Notes: generated by a model from the letters alone, not told the origin. DNA of 60,124 nt from Arthrobacter sp. (GCA_030147325.1 JASLAA010000204.1:1-60124), one strand, 5' to 3'. Shown: positions 35,444-46,266, counted from the first letter of the stretch. Numbers and translations: made by a program.

Positions 35444-36883
35444 ATGAGTGACCAGAGGAACGGTCAGCCGCGTGACGGGGAGCCGTCCGGCGCACCGGAT
35501 GGTGACGCCACCGCCCCTGTGGCGCCCTGGCACTCCCCTGCTGGGGCGACGCCCCCGGCCCCGGCCCGGCAGGGGCAGGAACCGTCCCCCTCTCCGTGGA
35601 ACACCTCCGGACAGCAGTACCCGGCGACGCCGAACCCCTGGGCCCGGCCCGGAGCAGGGGACGGCCGCCCGGGCGCGCAGCAGGGCTACCCGGGCGCCCA
35701 GGATCATCGGGGCAGCACGACGCCACCCGGTGCCGCGCATCCGGCGCAGGGCTGGGGCCCGACGTATCCGCCCCGAGGAGATCAGGGCGGTGCCCAGGGC
35801 GATCCGTACGTTGCCCCCTACGGCACACCCCGACCTCCCTACGGGGCCTTTCCCCCGGGACCCCGGTACCAGGCGCCCCCGAAGCCCGGGGTGATCCCCC
35901 TGCGGCCGCTCGGTCTGGGCGAGATCCTCGACGGCGCCTTCCAGGCCTGCCGGAAGAACCCGCTCGCGACCTTCGGCATCGCCATCCTGCTCCAGGCCGT
36001 CGTCGCGCTGGTGACCGTACTGCTGCTCGGCAACCTCGTGTCCTCCTTCGAGGTGTTCGATTCCCCGAACCCGACACCGGACAGCATCATCGGCGCCCTG
36101 GCCGGCCTCGGGGTCTTCGCCTCGATCGCGGGAATCGTGTCCGCCGTGGCACTGCTGGTCCTGCAAGGCATCCTCGTCATCCCGATCGCACGGGCCGTCA
36201 TCAATCAGAAGACGTCCTTCGGGCAGGCGTGGAGGCTCGCCAGGGGGCGCCTGCTGCCCCTGTTCGGGTTCGGTCTCCTGTCCTTCGCCATCGGACTCGT
36301 CGGGCTGATGCTCCTCGTCGGCATCTCGGCCCTCGCGATCGCTGCCCTCAGCGAGTACTCCGCCTTCGTGATCGTCCCCCTCGTGATCGGCGCGCTCCTG
36401 GTCATGGTCTGGGCGAGCGTCAAACTCGTCGTCGCGCCGGCCGCGGTGATGCTCGAGGGAAAGGGCCCCTGGGTCTCCATCAGGCGATCCTGGCTGCTGA
36501 CCCGGGGCAACTGGTGGCGGACCTTCGGCATCGTCCTGCTGACCAGCATCATCGTCTCGATCATCGCGTCCGTCATCTCCACACCGCTCACCTTCGCCGT
36601 GGGGCTGATCTTCGGGTTCAGTTCGTCCGCGTCCACCTCGTCGGGTGTCCTCGATTCGCTCCCGATCCTCGTCGCCACCCAGGCCATCACAGCCCTCTTC
36701 GCAGCCATCGGCTACGCATTCCAGTCCGGGGTCACCTCGCTGCTCTACGTGGACCTCCGGATCCGCCGGGAGGGGTTCGACGTCGTCCTGATGCGCGAGC
36801 ACGAGCAGGCCGAAGCCGGACGCGCAGATGTCCTCCCTGGCGGAACCGCCTCCTTCGGCCATCAACCGAGCGGACCGTTCTGA
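35444..36883 (+). CDS. Membrane protein with Pro/Gln-rich N-terminus (GPDPase membrane-domain-like)
   Basis: KPGVIPLRPLGLGEILDGAF, RSWLLTRGNWWR, LLYVDLRIRREG. Confidence 0.8.
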   Translation: MSDQRNGQPRDGEPSGAPDGDATAPVAPWHSPAGATPPAPARQGQEPSPSPWNTSGQQYPATPNPWARPGAGDGRPGAQQGYPGAQDHRGSTTPPGAAHPAQGWGPTYPPRGDQGGAQGDPYVAPYGTPRPPYGAFPPGPRYQAPPKPGVIPLRPLGLGEILDGAFQACRKNPLATFGIAILLQAVVALVTVLLLGNLVSSFEVFDSPNPTPDSIIGALAGLGVFASIAGIVSAVALLVLQGILVIPIARAVINQKTSFGQAWRLARGRLLPLFGFGLLSFAIGLVGLMLLVGISALAIAALSEYSAFVIVPLVIGALLVMVWASVKLVVAPAAVMLEGKGPWVSIRRSWLLTRGNWWRTFGIVLLTSIIVSIIASVISTPLTFAVGLIFGFSSSASTSSGVLDSLPILVATQAITALFAAIGYAFQSGVTSLLYVDLRIRREGFDVVLMREHEQAEAGRADVLPGGTASFGHQPSGPF

Positions 36884-36926
36884 TGACAGCGGGCCGTCGC
36901 GCCGGGGACCGCGGGGCCTCGGCGTG

Positions 36927-37577
36927 ATGCGGGTACCCGTCCTCGCTCCCGATGCCGACGAGGCGCGCCGGCTCCTCGACCAGGAGCTCGCCCGACCTGC
37001 CTATGTCGAAGCCCAACCCACGATCTTCGAGCGCATCATCGGCGATCTCCTCCGCGGGATAGCAAGGCTGATCGACGGGATCGGCAGCCTCGGAGCGGGT
37101 CCCGGGACGCTCGTGGTGGCGCTCGGAGCGGCGCTCATCATCATCCTCGCCATCGTCATCGTCAGGCCCAGGCTCAACGCCCGCGGACGGAAGCAGGATC
37201 CGGCGGTCTTCGACGACGGCGTCAGGCGCTCCGCCGAGCACCACCGCGGCAGGGCTGCAGCCCGAGCCGGTTCGGGCGACTGGAACGGCGCCGTCGCCGA
37301 GGTGCTGCGGGCGGTCATCCGTACAGCTGAGGAGCGTGTCGTCATCGACGAGCGACCCGGCAGGACAGCGACCGAGGCGGCCCTCCAGCTCGGCGCCGTC
37401 TTCCCTGCGGTGTCAGGTGATGCCGGCTGGCTCGCGGACCTCTTCAACGAGACGCATTACGGCAGCGGCGTCGCCACACGGGAGGACTACGGGCGCGCTG
37501 TCGGCATCGACGCCAAGTTGTCCTCCGAGCAGCCGGTACGGACCACCGGCACCGCGGCACTGGCGGCACCGCGATGA
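36927..37577 (+). CDS. DUF4129-like membrane protein
   Basis: PGRTATEA, FNETHYG motifs; operon position. Confidence 0.75.
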   Translation: MRVPVLAPDADEARRLLDQELARPAYVEAQPTIFERIIGDLLRGIARLIDGIGSLGAGPGTLVVALGAALIIILAIVIVRPRLNARGRKQDPAVFDDGVRRSAEHHRGRAAARAGSGDWNGAVAEVLRAVIRTAEERVVIDERPGRTATEAALQLGAVFPAVSGDAGWLADLFNETHYGSGVATREDYGRAVGIDAKLSSEQPVRTTGTAALAAPR

Positions 37578-38845
37578 GCCCGATCCACGGCCGGAACGGG
37601 GGCAGCGGGCCCGGCGCCCCGACGGACGTCGCGGATCCGTCCGTGCTGACCGCTCCCGTCCCGGCGACCACCGAGGTGATGGGCGACGGCGGCAGCGCCC
37701 TGTCCACCGCCCGCTCGCGGTTGCGGCGCGCAGTCCCCCTGCTGATCGGCGCCCTCGTGCTCGCGGTGATCGTCCTGGTGAACCTCCTGCCGGGACAGGA
37801 GGAGGACGACGGTCCCCTGTCTCCCGGCAATCCTGCGCCCGCCGGCGCCCGCGCGGTGTCCGAGGTGCTGACCAGGGAGGGCATCGACGTCGTGCGCATC
37901 GATTCCTTCGACGCGGCACTGGAAGTGCTCGAGGAGCGGGACGCGACACTCTTCCTCAACGACGCGCAGCAGTTCCTCAGTGCCGGCCAGGTGGCCGACC
38001 TGGTGAGCGCCGCCGACCGGTCGGTCCTGGCGGCCCCGGGCGACCGCCAGGTGTCGGCGCTGGAGGAGGACTTCGCGCAGCTCGGTCCCGTTCCCTTCGA
38101 TCTTGCCGGGGACGCACCACCCCTGAGCGCCGGTTGTCCGGACGAGGACGCGGCCGCGGCAGGGACCCTTCCCGCCACCGGGACGGTCTACTCCGGGCCG
38201 GTCCAGTGCTTCACCGCGAGCATCGACGGTGTCCCCGGAGGCCTCTTCACCACGAGTACCGACGGATCCGTCGTCGTGCTGGGAGCCCCGTCCATCCTCT
38301 CCAACGGGTCCATCCGGGATGAGGGCAATGCTGCCCTCGCACTCCGCTCGCTGGGTGGCTCCCCCACGCTCGTCTGGTACGAACCCACCGGAGCGGACAT
38401 CGTCTCCACCGGTGAGGGGATCGACCCCATGACACTGCTGCCGCCGTGGGTGGATGCCCTCCTGGTGTGGCTCCTCGCCTGCGCGGTCCTCGGGATGCTC
38501 TGGAGGGCCAGGCGCCTGGGGCCCCTGGCGTCCGAACCGCTGCCCGTCGTCGTGCGCGCCGCGGAGACCGCCGAAGGACGCGCCCGGCTCTACCAGGACT
38601 CCCGTTCCATCGCCCACGCGGCAGGCAACCTGCGGTCCGCGACCCTCGTGCGGCTGGCTCGACGCCTGCGCGTCGACAGGACGGCCTCACCCGTCGAGAT
38701 CCTCGAAGCGGCTGCCCGGCAGACCGGGCGACTGCGGCCCGACCTCGAGCAGCGACTGCTGCACTTCACCCCGACCACGAACCACGAGCTTGTGCTGTGG
38801 GCACAGGAGATCCTCGCGATCGAGAAGGAGATCATCCCCTCATGA
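37574..38845 (+). CDS. DUF4350-like membrane protein
   Basis: NPAPAGARA, GNAALAL, RRLGPLASEPLPVVVRAAET. Confidence 0.8.
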   Translation: MSPIHGRNGGSGPGAPTDVADPSVLTAPVPATTEVMGDGGSALSTARSRLRRAVPLLIGALVLAVIVLVNLLPGQEEDDGPLSPGNPAPAGARAVSEVLTREGIDVVRIDSFDAALEVLEERDATLFLNDAQQFLSAGQVADLVSAADRSVLAAPGDRQVSALEEDFAQLGPVPFDLAGDAPPLSAGCPDEDAAAAGTLPATGTVYSGPVQCFTASIDGVPGGLFTTSTDGSVVVLGAPSILSNGSIRDEGNAALALRSLGGSPTLVWYEPTGADIVSTGEGIDPMTLLPPWVDALLVWLLACAVLGMLWRARRLGPLASEPLPVVVRAAETAEGRARLYQDSRSIAHAAGNLRSATLVRLARRLRVDRTASPVEILEAAARQTGRLRPDLEQRLLHFTPTTNHELVLWAQEILAIEKEIIPS

Positions 38846-39906
38846 ACCACTCCGAAGACCAGCCGGCCCGGCTCCCGCAGGCATCCACCGCCGCCCAGCA
38901 CGCCACCCGGGTCGCTGATCGCGCCGAGATGGGCGGGGCCGGGCGCGACGCCGACGGCGAAGCCGCCCGGGCTGCGCTCCTCCGCGTCCGCGCGGAGGTC
39001 GGGAAGTCGATCGTCGGCCAGGACGCCGCCGTGACAGGACTCCTCATCGGACTCCTGGCCGACGGCCACGTGCTCCTCGAAGGCGTCCCCGGCGTCGCCA
39101 AGACGCTGCTCGTCCGAACCCTCGCCACCGCCCTGGACCTCGACACCAAACGTGTCCAGTTCACCCCGGACCTGATGCCGGGCGACATCACGGGCTCGCT
39201 GATCTACGAGTCGAAGACATCGGAGTTCACCTTCCGGGAGGGCCCGGTGTTCACGAACATCCTGCTCGCCGACGAGATCAACCGGACACCGCCCAAGACC
39301 CAGGCATCGCTGCTGGAGGCGATGGAGGAACGCCAGGTCTCCGTCGACGGGGTCTCTCGGCGCCTGCCGGATCCGTTCATCGTCGCGGCGACGCAGAACC
39401 CCGTCGAGTACGAGGGCACCTATCCCCTGCCCGAAGCCCAGCTGGACCGTTTCCTGCTCAAGCTGACCCTCCCGCTGCCGGGGCGCGAGGACGAGATCGA
39501 GGTGATCCGCCGTCACAGTGTCGGCTTCGACCCCCGCAACCTCGCGGCGGCCGGTGTGCGGGCGGTGGCAGGCGCCGACGACGTCGAACGCGCACGCGCC
39601 GCGGTGGCGCGCGTCACCATCGCCCCCGAGGTCCTCGCCTACATCGTCGACGTGGTCCGGGGGACGCGGTCCTCGCCCTCGTTCCAGCTCGGCGTCTCCC
39701 CCCGCGGCGCCACGGCGCTGCTGAACACCTCGCGTGCCTGGGCGTGGCTCTCGGGCCGGTCCTTCGTGACGCCCGACGATGTGAAGGCACTGACCCTGCC
39801 GGCCCTCAGGCACCGCGTCGCGTTGAGGCCGGAGGCGCAGATGGACGGCGTCGATGTCGACGACGTACTCGGCGGCATCCTCGCTACCGTCCCCGTTCCC
39901 CGCTAG
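38842..39906 (+). CDS. moxR: MoxR family AAA+ ATPase
   Basis: LEGVPGVAKT, QFTPDLMPGD, DEINRTPPKTQ, PLPEAQLDRF. Confidence 0.95.
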   Translation: MNHSEDQPARLPQASTAAQHATRVADRAEMGGAGRDADGEAARAALLRVRAEVGKSIVGQDAAVTGLLIGLLADGHVLLEGVPGVAKTLLVRTLATALDLDTKRVQFTPDLMPGDITGSLIYESKTSEFTFREGPVFTNILLADEINRTPPKTQASLLEAMEERQVSVDGVSRRLPDPFIVAATQNPVEYEGTYPLPEAQLDRFLLKLTLPLPGREDEIEVIRRHSVGFDPRNLAAAGVRAVAGADDVERARAAVARVTIAPEVLAYIVDVVRGTRSSPSFQLGVSPRGATALLNTSRAWAWLSGRSFVTPDDVKALTLPALRHRVALRPEAQMDGVDVDDVLGGILATVPVPR

Positions 39907-39967
39907 GGCACGACCACCGACCCGGGACGCGTTCCACCGTGACCGGGTCCGAAAGGAGTACCCCTTG

Positions 39968-41257
39968 GTGATCACCGGGCGACTCGTCCTGCTGGCCCTG
40001 CTCGGCGTCGTGCCCGCCGTCCTGTTCCCGGGTGCCGCGTCCCTGCTCCTGTGGTCCGCGATCCTCGTCGCGGCCGCCGGGCTCGACCTCGCGCTCGCTG
40101 CGTCCCCGCGGCGCATCGGCGTCGTCCGCACCCTGCCGGACAGCGTCCGCCTGGGCGAGGACTGCCACAGCACGCTGGTCCTGCGCAACGACACGCCCCG
40201 GCCCCTGCGAGCGACGATCCGCGAGGCCTGGCAGCCATCGGCAGGAGCAGCCGACCCGGAACAGGCCCTCGTGATCCCGCCTGCGGAGGCGCGGCGGATG
40301 ACAGTGTCCCTGCGACCCCGGCGCCGTGGGATCCTCCGCGTCGAGACGGTGACCATCCGGAGTTCGGGCCCGCTCGGGCTGACCGCGCGGCAGGTCACCC
40401 TTCCGGCCCCCGGCGTGTTGCGGGTCCTCCCTCCCTTCGCCTCGAAGCGTCACCTGCCGTCCAAGCTGCGGCGCCTGCGCGAGCTCGACGGCCGATCGGC
40501 CGTGCAGATCCGGGGAGCCGGCACCGAGTTCGACTCGCTGCGCGACTACGTCCGGGGTGACGACGTCCGCTCGATCGACTGGCGAGCCACGGCACGACGG
40601 CGGGACACCGTGGTGCGCACGTGGCGGCCCGAACGCGACCGGCACGTCGTCGTCGTGCTGGACACCTCGCGCGCCTCCGCCGCGCGCGTCCTCGACGAGC
40701 CCCGCCTGGACACGGGGATCGAGGCTGCCCTGCTGCTGTCCGTCCTCGCCGACCGCGGTGGCGACAAGGTACATTTCCTGGCGTTCGACCGCCGCCTGCG
40801 GGCGCGCGTCGACTCGACCGCCAAGGGGAACCTGCTGGCGTCCCTGGTGACCGCCATGGCCCCCCTCGAAGCGGAACTGATCGAGGCGGACTGGTCGCGG
40901 GTTGCCGCCCAGGTACGCGCCGCGTCCGTGCATCGCTCGCTCGTGGTCCTGCTGACATCCCTGGACTCGGGTGCGGTCGAGGAGGGCCTGCTGCAGGCGC
41001 TGCCGGGACTGACCGAGCGCCACGTCGTCGTGGTGGCATCCGTGCGGGATCCCCGGCTCGAGGAGTTGCGGGCCGATCGGTCCAGCGCCGCTGCTACTTT
41101 CCGTGCAGCCGCCGCAGAACGCGCGCTGCTGGATCGCGCGGCGGTGGCCGGCCAGATCCGCCTGCTGGGGGCGGAGGTCGTCGACGCCGTGCCCGCGGAC
41201 CTGCCGCCGCTCCTGGCCGACGCCTACATCAGGCTCAAGGCGGCCGGGCGCCTCTGA
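39968..41257 (+). CDS. DUF58 / vWA-like MoxR partner
   Basis: EFDSLRDYVRGDDVRSIDWRATAR; AAGGAG RBS. Confidence 0.9.
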   Translation: MITGRLVLLALLGVVPAVLFPGAASLLLWSAILVAAAGLDLALAASPRRIGVVRTLPDSVRLGEDCHSTLVLRNDTPRPLRATIREAWQPSAGAADPEQALVIPPAEARRMTVSLRPRRRGILRVETVTIRSSGPLGLTARQVTLPAPGVLRVLPPFASKRHLPSKLRRLRELDGRSAVQIRGAGTEFDSLRDYVRGDDVRSIDWRATARRRDTVVRTWRPERDRHVVVVLDTSRASAARVLDEPRLDTGIEAALLLSVLADRGGDKVHFLAFDRRLRARVDSTAKGNLLASLVTAMAPLEAELIEADWSRVAAQVRAASVHRSLVVLLTSLDSGAVEEGLLQALPGLTERHVVVVASVRDPRLEELRADRSSAAATFRAAAAERALLDRAAVAGQIRLLGAEVVDAVPADLPPLLADAYIRLKAAGRL

Positions 41258-41597
41258 CGGATCCCTACTACTCCCGGCCGGGCCTGCGTCCGTGAGTGGA
41301 ATACCCTGTCCCACGGACCTGCCCTGATCCACGGACCGGCGTCGGATCGGCCTGCTCCCCTACCAGCGGCACGACGGGCCCGGCGCCGAGGCACTCCTGC
41401 TCCGTTCACCGCTCGCGGCCGGTGCGGACGCCGCCGCAGTGGATGCCCGGCCGGCAGTACTCGCGGCCTGGTGACTCGTGGCATGGTGACTCGTGGCCGG
41501 ACCCCGATGGCACTTCCAGTCCCGCCCTGAGGGAGCACGCACGATGCACGGCGCGCGTCGTGGTTGACTGGTTGTCCGAGCGACGGAAGTGGGCGGC

Positions 41598-42266
41598 ATG
41601 ACCTCGATCTACCAGCAGGCGATGGGCAGCGACTTCGGACGCCTGCAGCCCGAGCTCCGTGAGTACTTCGGGCTCCACGCGGGAAGCGGCCTCTCGGGAC
41701 ACGGGCGCGGCGTCTTCGACGTCGCCGGTTGCCCCGCCTGGTTCGCCAGGCCCGCATTCCGCCTCACCGCCCTCGAGAACGCCTTCTTCCCCGAGTACAA
41801 CACCGATGTCCCCTTCGAGATCCGCAACTACCCCCATACGGACCCGTTCGGGCGACCTGCCCTGACCGCGCGGCGCGAGATCGACTTCGGCACCGCCCTG
41901 CGGGTCTTCGAGGACACCACCTCGCTGCAGGACGGTGTGCTCACCGACTACGTGGGGATGCATCGGCGTATGGCCACACTGCTGACCTGCACCCCGACGG
42001 AGGACGGCCGCATCAGGATGGTGTCCTCGCAGACGCGCGTCTTCGCCGGGGTCCGGCTGCCGGTCCCGGACGCGCTGGGCGCGCTCGCCTACGTGGAGCA
42101 GTGGTGGGACGACGACGCCGGTGCCTTCAGGATCAAGACCCGGGTGGTGCACCGACAGCTCGGCACGCTGCTGGTCTACTCGGGGATGTTCGGCTACGCG
42201 CTGGAGGAGTTCGACGGCGTGCTGCCCGCCGAGGCGCAGCCCCGACGCTGGGAGCAGCGCGTCTGA
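41598..42266 (+). CDS. DUF4166-like protein
   Basis: SIYQQAMGSDFGRLQPEL, FFPE..DVPF, LGTLLVYSG. Confidence 0.7.
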   Translation: MTSIYQQAMGSDFGRLQPELREYFGLHAGSGLSGHGRGVFDVAGCPAWFARPAFRLTALENAFFPEYNTDVPFEIRNYPHTDPFGRPALTARREIDFGTALRVFEDTTSLQDGVLTDYVGMHRRMATLLTCTPTEDGRIRMVSSQTRVFAGVRLPVPDALGALAYVEQWWDDDAGAFRIKTRVVHRQLGTLLVYSGMFGYALEEFDGVLPAEAQPRRWEQRV

Positions 42267-42303
42267 GTCCGGCCGGGTGGAGGGCGCCCGGCGGGCGTCC
42301 GGC

Positions 42304-43335
42304 CTACCCTTCTCCGCGGATCTGGTCGAGCGCCTCGGCGACCTGCCGAAGCCGGGTGGCTGTCCGGACCGCGTGGGACGGCGAGATGGACGCCGTCCCG
42401 GACAGCGTCGTGACCGTCAGTGAGCCCAGCGCGGTCACCGGCAGCCCCACGCGCCGCCAGGCGGACAGGACCGTCTCCACCAGGGCGCTCACCTGCGGGA
42501 GCCCCGACGTCGGATCGAGGATGCCGAGCCAGACCTCCCGTCCGGACTCGATGTCCTCGGCAAGCGATTCCCAGCGGGCGTCCGTGATCGCGCGGAGGTC
42601 GAGGGACAGTGCCATCGCCGTGCTCGATCGCGCAGCATCGAATGCCACTGCGCCGTGACCCGGAGCGAGCACGGTACCGACCGCTCCCGCGGCGAGCACG
42701 GAGGCCGAGACGAGGTCCCACGCCTCGGTGGCCTCCCGTCGGTCGACGGCGCGCAGGGTGCGGTAACCGCTCGACGTCGGGACGCTTCCGGAGAGGACGT
42801 CGTCGGCCTCGGGCTCGTCGAGCTGCAGCAGGATCTCCGCCCCGCGGGCCACGGACTGCACCCGGCGGACCAGGTCCGCAGCTCCCACGGCGAGGGACTC
42901 GTAGAGCTCCCGCCGGGCACCGTGATCGACCAGGACCCGCTCGCCGGCATGCAGATGCGTGCCCGAGGCCAGGGACAGGGGGCCGTGCAGGTGGAGCTTC
43001 AGGCGCTGGGCCGGATGCTCCTCGGCACCCGCGATGTCACCGAGCGCGTTGATGTCGGACGCCAGTGCGGACTCGGCACGGCGCTGGTCCTTGCCCGGAC
43101 GCTGGACGAGCCTCCAGCCGTGGGGCTGGAGGTCGAAGGGAAGCTCCACCAGCACGCCGAGCGTCCGTCCGACGGCGTCGCTGCCGGGCCCGCGGGCCGG
43201 CAGGGAGGGGAGGACGGGCAGGCCCGCGCCCGCGAGTTCGCCGCGGACGGCGCGCTGAGCCTCCAGGGGATCCGTGCCCGGCCAATCGCCCGCGATCGTC
43301 GCACCCACGATGGGATCGGTGGTCGGCTCAGGCAC
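42304..43335 (-). CDS. Cobalamin-independent methionine synthase-like (single TIM barrel) protein
   Basis: GDWPGTD, LPARGPGSDAVGR, GPLSLA, QLDEP, TSSGYRT; typical position after mnmA. Confidence 0.78.
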   Translation of the reverse strand: MPEPTTDPIVGATIAGDWPGTDPLEAQRAVRGELAGAGLPVLPSLPARGPGSDAVGRTLGVLVELPFDLQPHGWRLVQRPGKDQRRAESALASDINALGDIAGAEEHPAQRLKLHLHGPLSLASGTHLHAGERVLVDHGARRELYESLAVGAADLVRRVQSVARGAEILLQLDEPEADDVLSGSVPTSSGYRTLRAVDRREATEAWDLVSASVLAAGAVGTVLAPGHGAVAFDAARSSTAMALSLDLRAITDARWESLAEDIESGREVWLGILDPTSGLPQVSALVETVLSAWRRVGLPVTALGSLTVTTLSGTASISPSHAVRTATRLRQVAEALDQIRGEG

Positions 43336-43747
43336 GGGAGGCCTGCTCGTCCGTCGGGTCCGAGGGCGGTCCGCTCCGCGGCATCGTGTCGGCGCCCGGA
43401 CGGCGGTTCTCCGAGATCGCCTGGTGGTGGCGGATCACCTCGGAGATGATGAAGTTCAGGAACTTCTCCGCGAACGCCGGGTCGAGCTGTGCCTCCTCCG
43501 CGAGCGTCCGGAGCCTGGCGATCTGCGCTGCCTCGCGCTGCGGGTCCCCCGCGGGGAGGCTGTGTTCGGCTTTCAGATGCCCCACCCGCTGTGTGGCCTT
43601 GAACCGCTCGGCGAGCAGATAGACGAGCGTCGCGTCGATGTTGTCGATCGAACTCCTCACCGAGAGGAGTTCGGCCATCACCTCCGGGGCTACGTCTCCT
43701 GCGAGGGAACTGGCTGCCGGGTCGAAGCCGCTGCGGGGATGCGTCAT
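43328..43747 (-). CDS. Monofunctional chorismate mutase (AroQ)
   Basis: RSSIDNIDATLVYLLAERFKATQRVGHLK, DPQRE. Confidence 0.9.
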   Translation of the reverse strand: MTHPRSGFDPAASSLAGDVAPEVMAELLSVRSSIDNIDATLVYLLAERFKATQRVGHLKAEHSLPAGDPQREAAQIARLRTLAEEAQLDPAFAEKFLNFIISEVIRHHQAISENRRPGADTMPRSGPPSDPTDEQASRA

Positions 43748-43790
43748 GGCTCCAGTCAAGCAGACGGCGCCGGACCTCCGGAAACGGCGA

Positions 43791-44933
43791 CTAGCCCCCC
43801 GCGCCGGCCAGCTCGGGGCGAAGGGCCGACCGGGCGGTGTCGATGGTCGCCTGGCCGAGCACGCGCGTGCCCTGGTACAGCACCACCGTCTGACCGGGTG
43901 CCACCCCGCGCATCGGCTCGACGAGCCGCACGACGAGCTGCTGGACACCGTCGTCGCCCCGTTCCACGGCAGCACGCGCGGCGACGGGATCACCGTGGGC
44001 GCGCACCTGTGCCGTGCAGTCGAACTCGCTGCCGGTCGCGACCTCGGGCAGGGGCAGTCCCGCCCAGGAGACCTTGATGCCCCGCATCTCGTCGATGGCG
44101 AGCAGGTGTTCCGGCCCGACCACCACCTCGTTCTGCTTGGGACGGATCTCGAGCACGAAGCGTGGCTTGCCGTCCGCTGCCGGGGTGCCCAGCTTCAAAC
44201 CGCGACGCTGGCCGACGGTGAAGGCGTTCGCCCCAGGGTGGCTGCCGATCTTCGCGCCGTCGACGTCGAGGATGTCGCCGTCGGTCATCTCGATGCGCTC
44301 CTCCAGCCAGCCACGCGTGTCACCGTCGGGGATGAAGCAGATGTCGTGGCTGTCCGGCTTGTTCGCCACGGAGAGGCCGCGCCGCTCCGCCTCCGCGCGG
44401 ACCTCGGCCTTGGACGGCGTCTCCGCGAGCGGGAACATGGAGTGCTTGAGCTGCTCGTGGGTCAGGACCCCGAGCACGTAGGACTGATCCTTGGCCCAGT
44501 CGGCGGCCCGGTGCAGTTCGGGGTTGCCCTCAGGGTCCTCGACGACCCTGGCGTAATGGCCGGTGCACACGGCGTCGAACCCCAGGGCGAGGGCCTTCTC
44601 GAGCAGTGCCGCGAATTTGATGCGCTCGTTGCATCGCATGCACGGATTCGGCGTCCTGCCTGCAGCGTATTCCGCGACGAAGTCGTCCACCACGTCCTCC
44701 TTGAAGCGCTCGGAGAAGTCCCAGACGTAGTAGGGGATCCCGAGGATGTCGCACGCGCGCCACGCATCCCGGGAGTCCTCGATGGTGCAGCAGCCGCGGC
44801 TGCCGGTGCGCAGCGTCCCGGGCATGCGGGACAGTGCGAGGTGGACACCGACCACGTCGTGCCCTGCCTCGACGGCCCGTGCCGCCGCCACCGCGGAGTC
44901 GACGCCGCCGCTCATCGCTGCCAGTACCCTCAT
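43791..44933 (-). CDS. mnmA: tRNA 2-thiouridine(34) synthase
   Basis: [34 protein letters not shown]. Confidence 0.98.
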   Translation of the reverse strand: MRVLAAMSGGVDSAVAAARAVEAGHDVVGVHLALSRMPGTLRTGSRGCCTIEDSRDAWRACDILGIPYYVWDFSERFKEDVVDDFVAEYAAGRTPNPCMRCNERIKFAALLEKALALGFDAVCTGHYARVVEDPEGNPELHRAADWAKDQSYVLGVLTHEQLKHSMFPLAETPSKAEVRAEAERRGLSVANKPDSHDICFIPDGDTRGWLEERIEMTDGDILDVDGAKIGSHPGANAFTVGQRRGLKLGTPAADGKPRFVLEIRPKQNEVVVGPEHLLAIDEMRGIKVSWAGLPLPEVATGSEFDCTAQVRAHGDPVAARAAVERGDDGVQQLVVRLVEPMRGVAPGQTVVLYQGTRVLGQATIDTARSALRPELAGAGG

Positions 44934-46156
44934 GAGAGAAAACCCGTTCCTGCTGTCTGGATGGTTGATGCGTGTCCGGCCATACCGGCCTTCCGTGCGC
45001 GGCCGTAGGCCTCGCCGATCGCCTGCACCACGGCGTCAACGTCGGCGGCGGTCGATGTATGCCCGAGGCTGAACCGTTGCGCGCCCCGCGCTTCGTCCTC
45101 CGTCAGCCCCATGGCGAGCAGCACGTGCGACGGACGCGGCACACCCGCGGTGCAGGCGGACCCCGTGGAGGACTCGATGCCGACGAGGTCGAGGAGGAAC
45201 AGGAGCGAATCCCCCTCGCACCCGGGGAAGGTGAAGTGCACGTTGCCGGGCAGGCGCGTGCCGGCCGGAGCGGGATGCCCGACGCCGCGCAGCACCGCGC
45301 CCGGGACCTCGCGGAGGATTCCTTCGATGAGCGCGTCCCGCAGTGCCGCGACCCGCGCGGATTCGACGTCGAGGCCCGAGACGGCGTCGTGGGCGGCTGC
45401 GGCGAAGGCCGCGATGCCCGCGCCGTCGAGGGTCCCGGACCTGATGTCGCGTTCCTGACCTCCGCCGTGCTGCACGGGCGTGAGGGGAACCGAGCGTCCG
45501 ACCAGGAGTGCGCCCACGCCCACCGGTCCGCCGATCTTGTGCGCGCTGACGGCCATGGTCGCCAATCCGGAATCGGCGAAGGACACCGGGAGGGACCCGA
45601 AGGCCTGGACGGCGTCGCTGTGCACGGGCACGCCGTACCGTCCGGCCTCGGCGACGACGGCGTGCACCGGCTGCACCGTGCCGACCTCGTTGTTGGCCCA
45701 CATGACCGTCACGAGTGCGGTGCGCTCGTGTCCGTCCGCGAGCGCGGAGCGCAGCGCGTCGAGCGACACGACGCCGGCTGCGTCGACGGGCAGCCAGAGG
45801 ACCTCGGCCCCCTCGTGCTGCTCGAGCCACTGCACGGTGTCCTGCACGGCGTGATGCTCCACGGAGCTGCAGATGATGCGGTTGCGTGCAGGGTCCGAGG
45901 CGCGACGCGACCAGTAGAGTCCCTTGATCGCGAGGTTGTCCGCCTCGGTCCCGCCCGAGGTGAAGATGACCTCCGAGGCGTGCGCTCCTGCCGCCGCGGC
46001 GATCGTCTCCCGCGCGTCCTCGACGGACCGGCGGGCACGACGACCCGAGCCGTGGAGCGAGGACGGATTGCCGCTCCGGCTGAGTTCGCGGGTGAGGGCG
46101 GCGAGCGCCGGCGCCGATATCGGCGTGGTCGCCGCGTGGTCGACGTACACGGGCAT
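44930..46156 (-). CDS. iscS: Cysteine desulfurase (IscS/NifS type)
   Basis: [35 protein letters not shown]-6-ATG leaderless. Confidence 0.93.
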   Translation of the reverse strand: MPVYVDHAATTPISAPALAALTRELSRSGNPSSLHGSGRRARRSVEDARETIAAAAGAHASEVIFTSGGTEADNLAIKGLYWSRRASDPARNRIICSSVEHHAVQDTVQWLEQHEGAEVLWLPVDAAGVVSLDALRSALADGHERTALVTVMWANNEVGTVQPVHAVVAEAGRYGVPVHSDAVQAFGSLPVSFADSGLATMAVSAHKIGGPVGVGALLVGRSVPLTPVQHGGGQERDIRSGTLDGAGIAAFAAAAHDAVSGLDVESARVAALRDALIEGILREVPGAVLRGVGHPAPAGTRLPGNVHFTFPGCEGDSLLFLLDLVGIESSTGSACTAGVPRPSHVLLAMGLTEDEARGAQRFSLGHTSTAADVDAVVQAIGEAYGRARKAGMAGHASTIQTAGTGFLS

Positions 46157-46266
46157 CCTCCGATTCTACGGCCGCGGACTCCCGCCCGCCGATTCGCGTG
46201 GTGGCCGCCACCCGGTAGGGGACGCCGGACACGGGGCACCGGGACCGGCAGTGGTAGAACTGCAGG

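Noticed and set aside
41296..41601. 101-aa ORF upstream of the DUF4166-like gene
   Set aside because: No RBS or recognisable domain, and composition typical of non-coding GC-rich sequence; cannot support it
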